64,000 nucleotides of DNA, from assembly GCA_051294375.1 (NCBI GenBank), contig CM119265.1, forward strand, positions 29,040,540-29,104,539, given 5' to 3'. The position numbers and the translations under genes were made by a program. The notes beneath the pieces were generated by a model. That model had not been told where the DNA came from. It was given only the letters and a program-made list of their open reading frames with translations, and searched no databases. The stretch is from Paraspadella gotoi (Eukaryota > Animalia > Chaetognatha). This document shows, one piece after another, positions 62,131 to 64,000 of this stretch. Positions within the stretch are counted from its first letter, which is position 1, and the number at the start of each line of letters is the position of its first letter.

Positions 62131-62845
62131 GGGGGAGGGGGAAGAGGGAGGAGGAAGAGGGAGGAGGCGCGGGGCCAGGTAGGAGAAAGGTGAGGAAGAG
62201 AAGGAAGAGGAAAAAGGGAAGGAGGAGAAGAGGGAGGAGGAGGATGAGGAGAAGGTATAGGGAGAAGAGTAGGGAGAAGGAACAGGGAGGGGGAAGAGAA
62301 GGAAGAGAGAGGAAAAGATAAATAATGTAAATTATTTTGAATTTGTATAAAAATATTTATATTTTAATAATGGTATAAAATTGATTTTTTTGGAGTGAGT
62401 AGAAAATTATATAAGATTATGAGTATTATTGTTTTGAATCTGAATTCACTGAATCTGAATTCACTGAATCTGAATTCACTGCCACCTGTGATCATTTTTT
62501 GTTGATCTTTAGGCTCGATGTTAATGTTGGCATCATGGAGCCATTTCTGAAATTGTGAGACCGTGTCAACAAAGTATGGAACTAATTGAAATACTATTAT
62601 CAATAAAAAGATTTAGTATTTTCATCATATTTTATTTTATTTAAAGTTAGATTAAACAGTTACAAAAAAAAAACTAGAGCCTAAAACATAAAACAAAAAT
62701 TACGAAAAAAACAACAAAAAAACAACAAAAAACAAGAGAAAAACTAAGAAAAACTGCGAGAGAAAAAACAAAGACAGTTTTGAAAAATTTAGAGGAAATT
62801 TTCTAGAAAAACGCGAAACCTTGAGGTCGAAACGATTTTTTGACG

Positions 62846-62921
<76 letters not shown>

Positions 62922-63053
62922 TTTTGACGTCTTTTTCTACAAGTGACTCCCACGAGATTTCGGTTCTGGTTTAGTCGAACCGGCGACCCGTAGTCTCGCC
63001 TCTGTTACGCGACTCTTTTCTCCCATCGTTTTTCTTTTATTACTTTCATCTGC

Positions 63054-63103
<50 letters not shown>

Positions 63104-64000
63104 TTTCCTCTCCTCACTTCTCCTCAACGCGGACAAAAACTCGTAGACAACAGAGCAACAAGAGTCTCACAAAAAAACAGAGATAGAAAAAAGTGGGACG
63201 TACAGTGATGTTCAAGAAAATAGGACATACATACAAACATNNNNNNNNNNNNNNNNNNNNNNNNNTCTTCTGTTCAAATTTTGATTCTTTCATGGCCTAA
63301 CTGATTCATCTCCCGGATTAAAGTTTCCTGCCAAAAGACAAACTTCAATTTCTTATTTTAATCTTTGACCATTTCATTTCTTTCGAATCTAAAGTATGTT
63401 ATGTCGCGATAGATTCCTCTTTTTGTCAATGCTAAAATTATTTATAATCATTATGATAGGGCTATAATAAAATTTCCCTACTTAGTTAACCCGGTCGACA
63501 AAAACCAGTCAACATCGAACTGCTAACCCTAACTACCATGTAAATCTAAATCTAAATCTAAATTTATCCTCCAATTCAAATTTCCGTCACCCTTAAGCCC
63601 TTATCATGAGTCTTATGTATAAAACACCACTAATCCTCATTAAAATATAAACGAATATATACATAGTAAAGCGAATATATACAATATATACAAAATATAT
63701 AAAATTTATAGGTAATCTGCCTCGATCTAATACTTTGTCTTATCATACAATTGGAAATCATGCTTTTAAATATATACCACTTCATTGAAAGGGAAGTTCA
63801 GGTACTCAGGGAAGTGAATGTAAATCGAGACTGGGGGTGAGACATCTGTGTGAGATGAGATATTTGGTGCAGGGACGCTGCTTGATGTGGGTCAATTATC
63901 GTGGTGAAGTGGAGGGTGTTTGTGAATTCGCGCACGCGGAGATGTGGTCTCAGTGCTTTAGTACTTAGTACTCGGTCTAGCTGTCGTGTCGGCGTTTTTC

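Overview
AT-rich, microsatellite-dense, gapped animal (invertebrate-type) genomic DNA with spliceosomal introns. Several stretches look like unpolished long-read sequence with scattered 1-bp indels. Three multi-exon genes can be reconstructed by hand: (1) a + strand membrane-tethered mucin (Thr/Ser VNTR, EGF/cbEGF, SEA domain with a G-SVVV motif, more EGFs, TM, cytoplasmic tail; 2176-11704, 5' exon not located); (2) a large + strand ankyrin-repeat gene (at least 33627-62130); (3) a - strand secreted LBP/BPI-family gene (42324-36792) nested in one intron of the ankyrin gene. A Ty3/Gypsy LTR retrotransposon is present as two overlapping halves in swapped order (21283-26282 and 28177-33570). Also present are a minimal Penelope-type hammerhead ribozyme (981-1034), Tc1/mariner-like and hAT-like MITEs, a Helentron/DINE-1-like element, three copies of a tRNA-derived SINE and many tandem repeats. 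The most unusual pattern is that several tandem repeats are amplified copies of the genes' own exon-intron junctions, one of them a GC donor. All calls come from reading and translating by eye; no database search was run.
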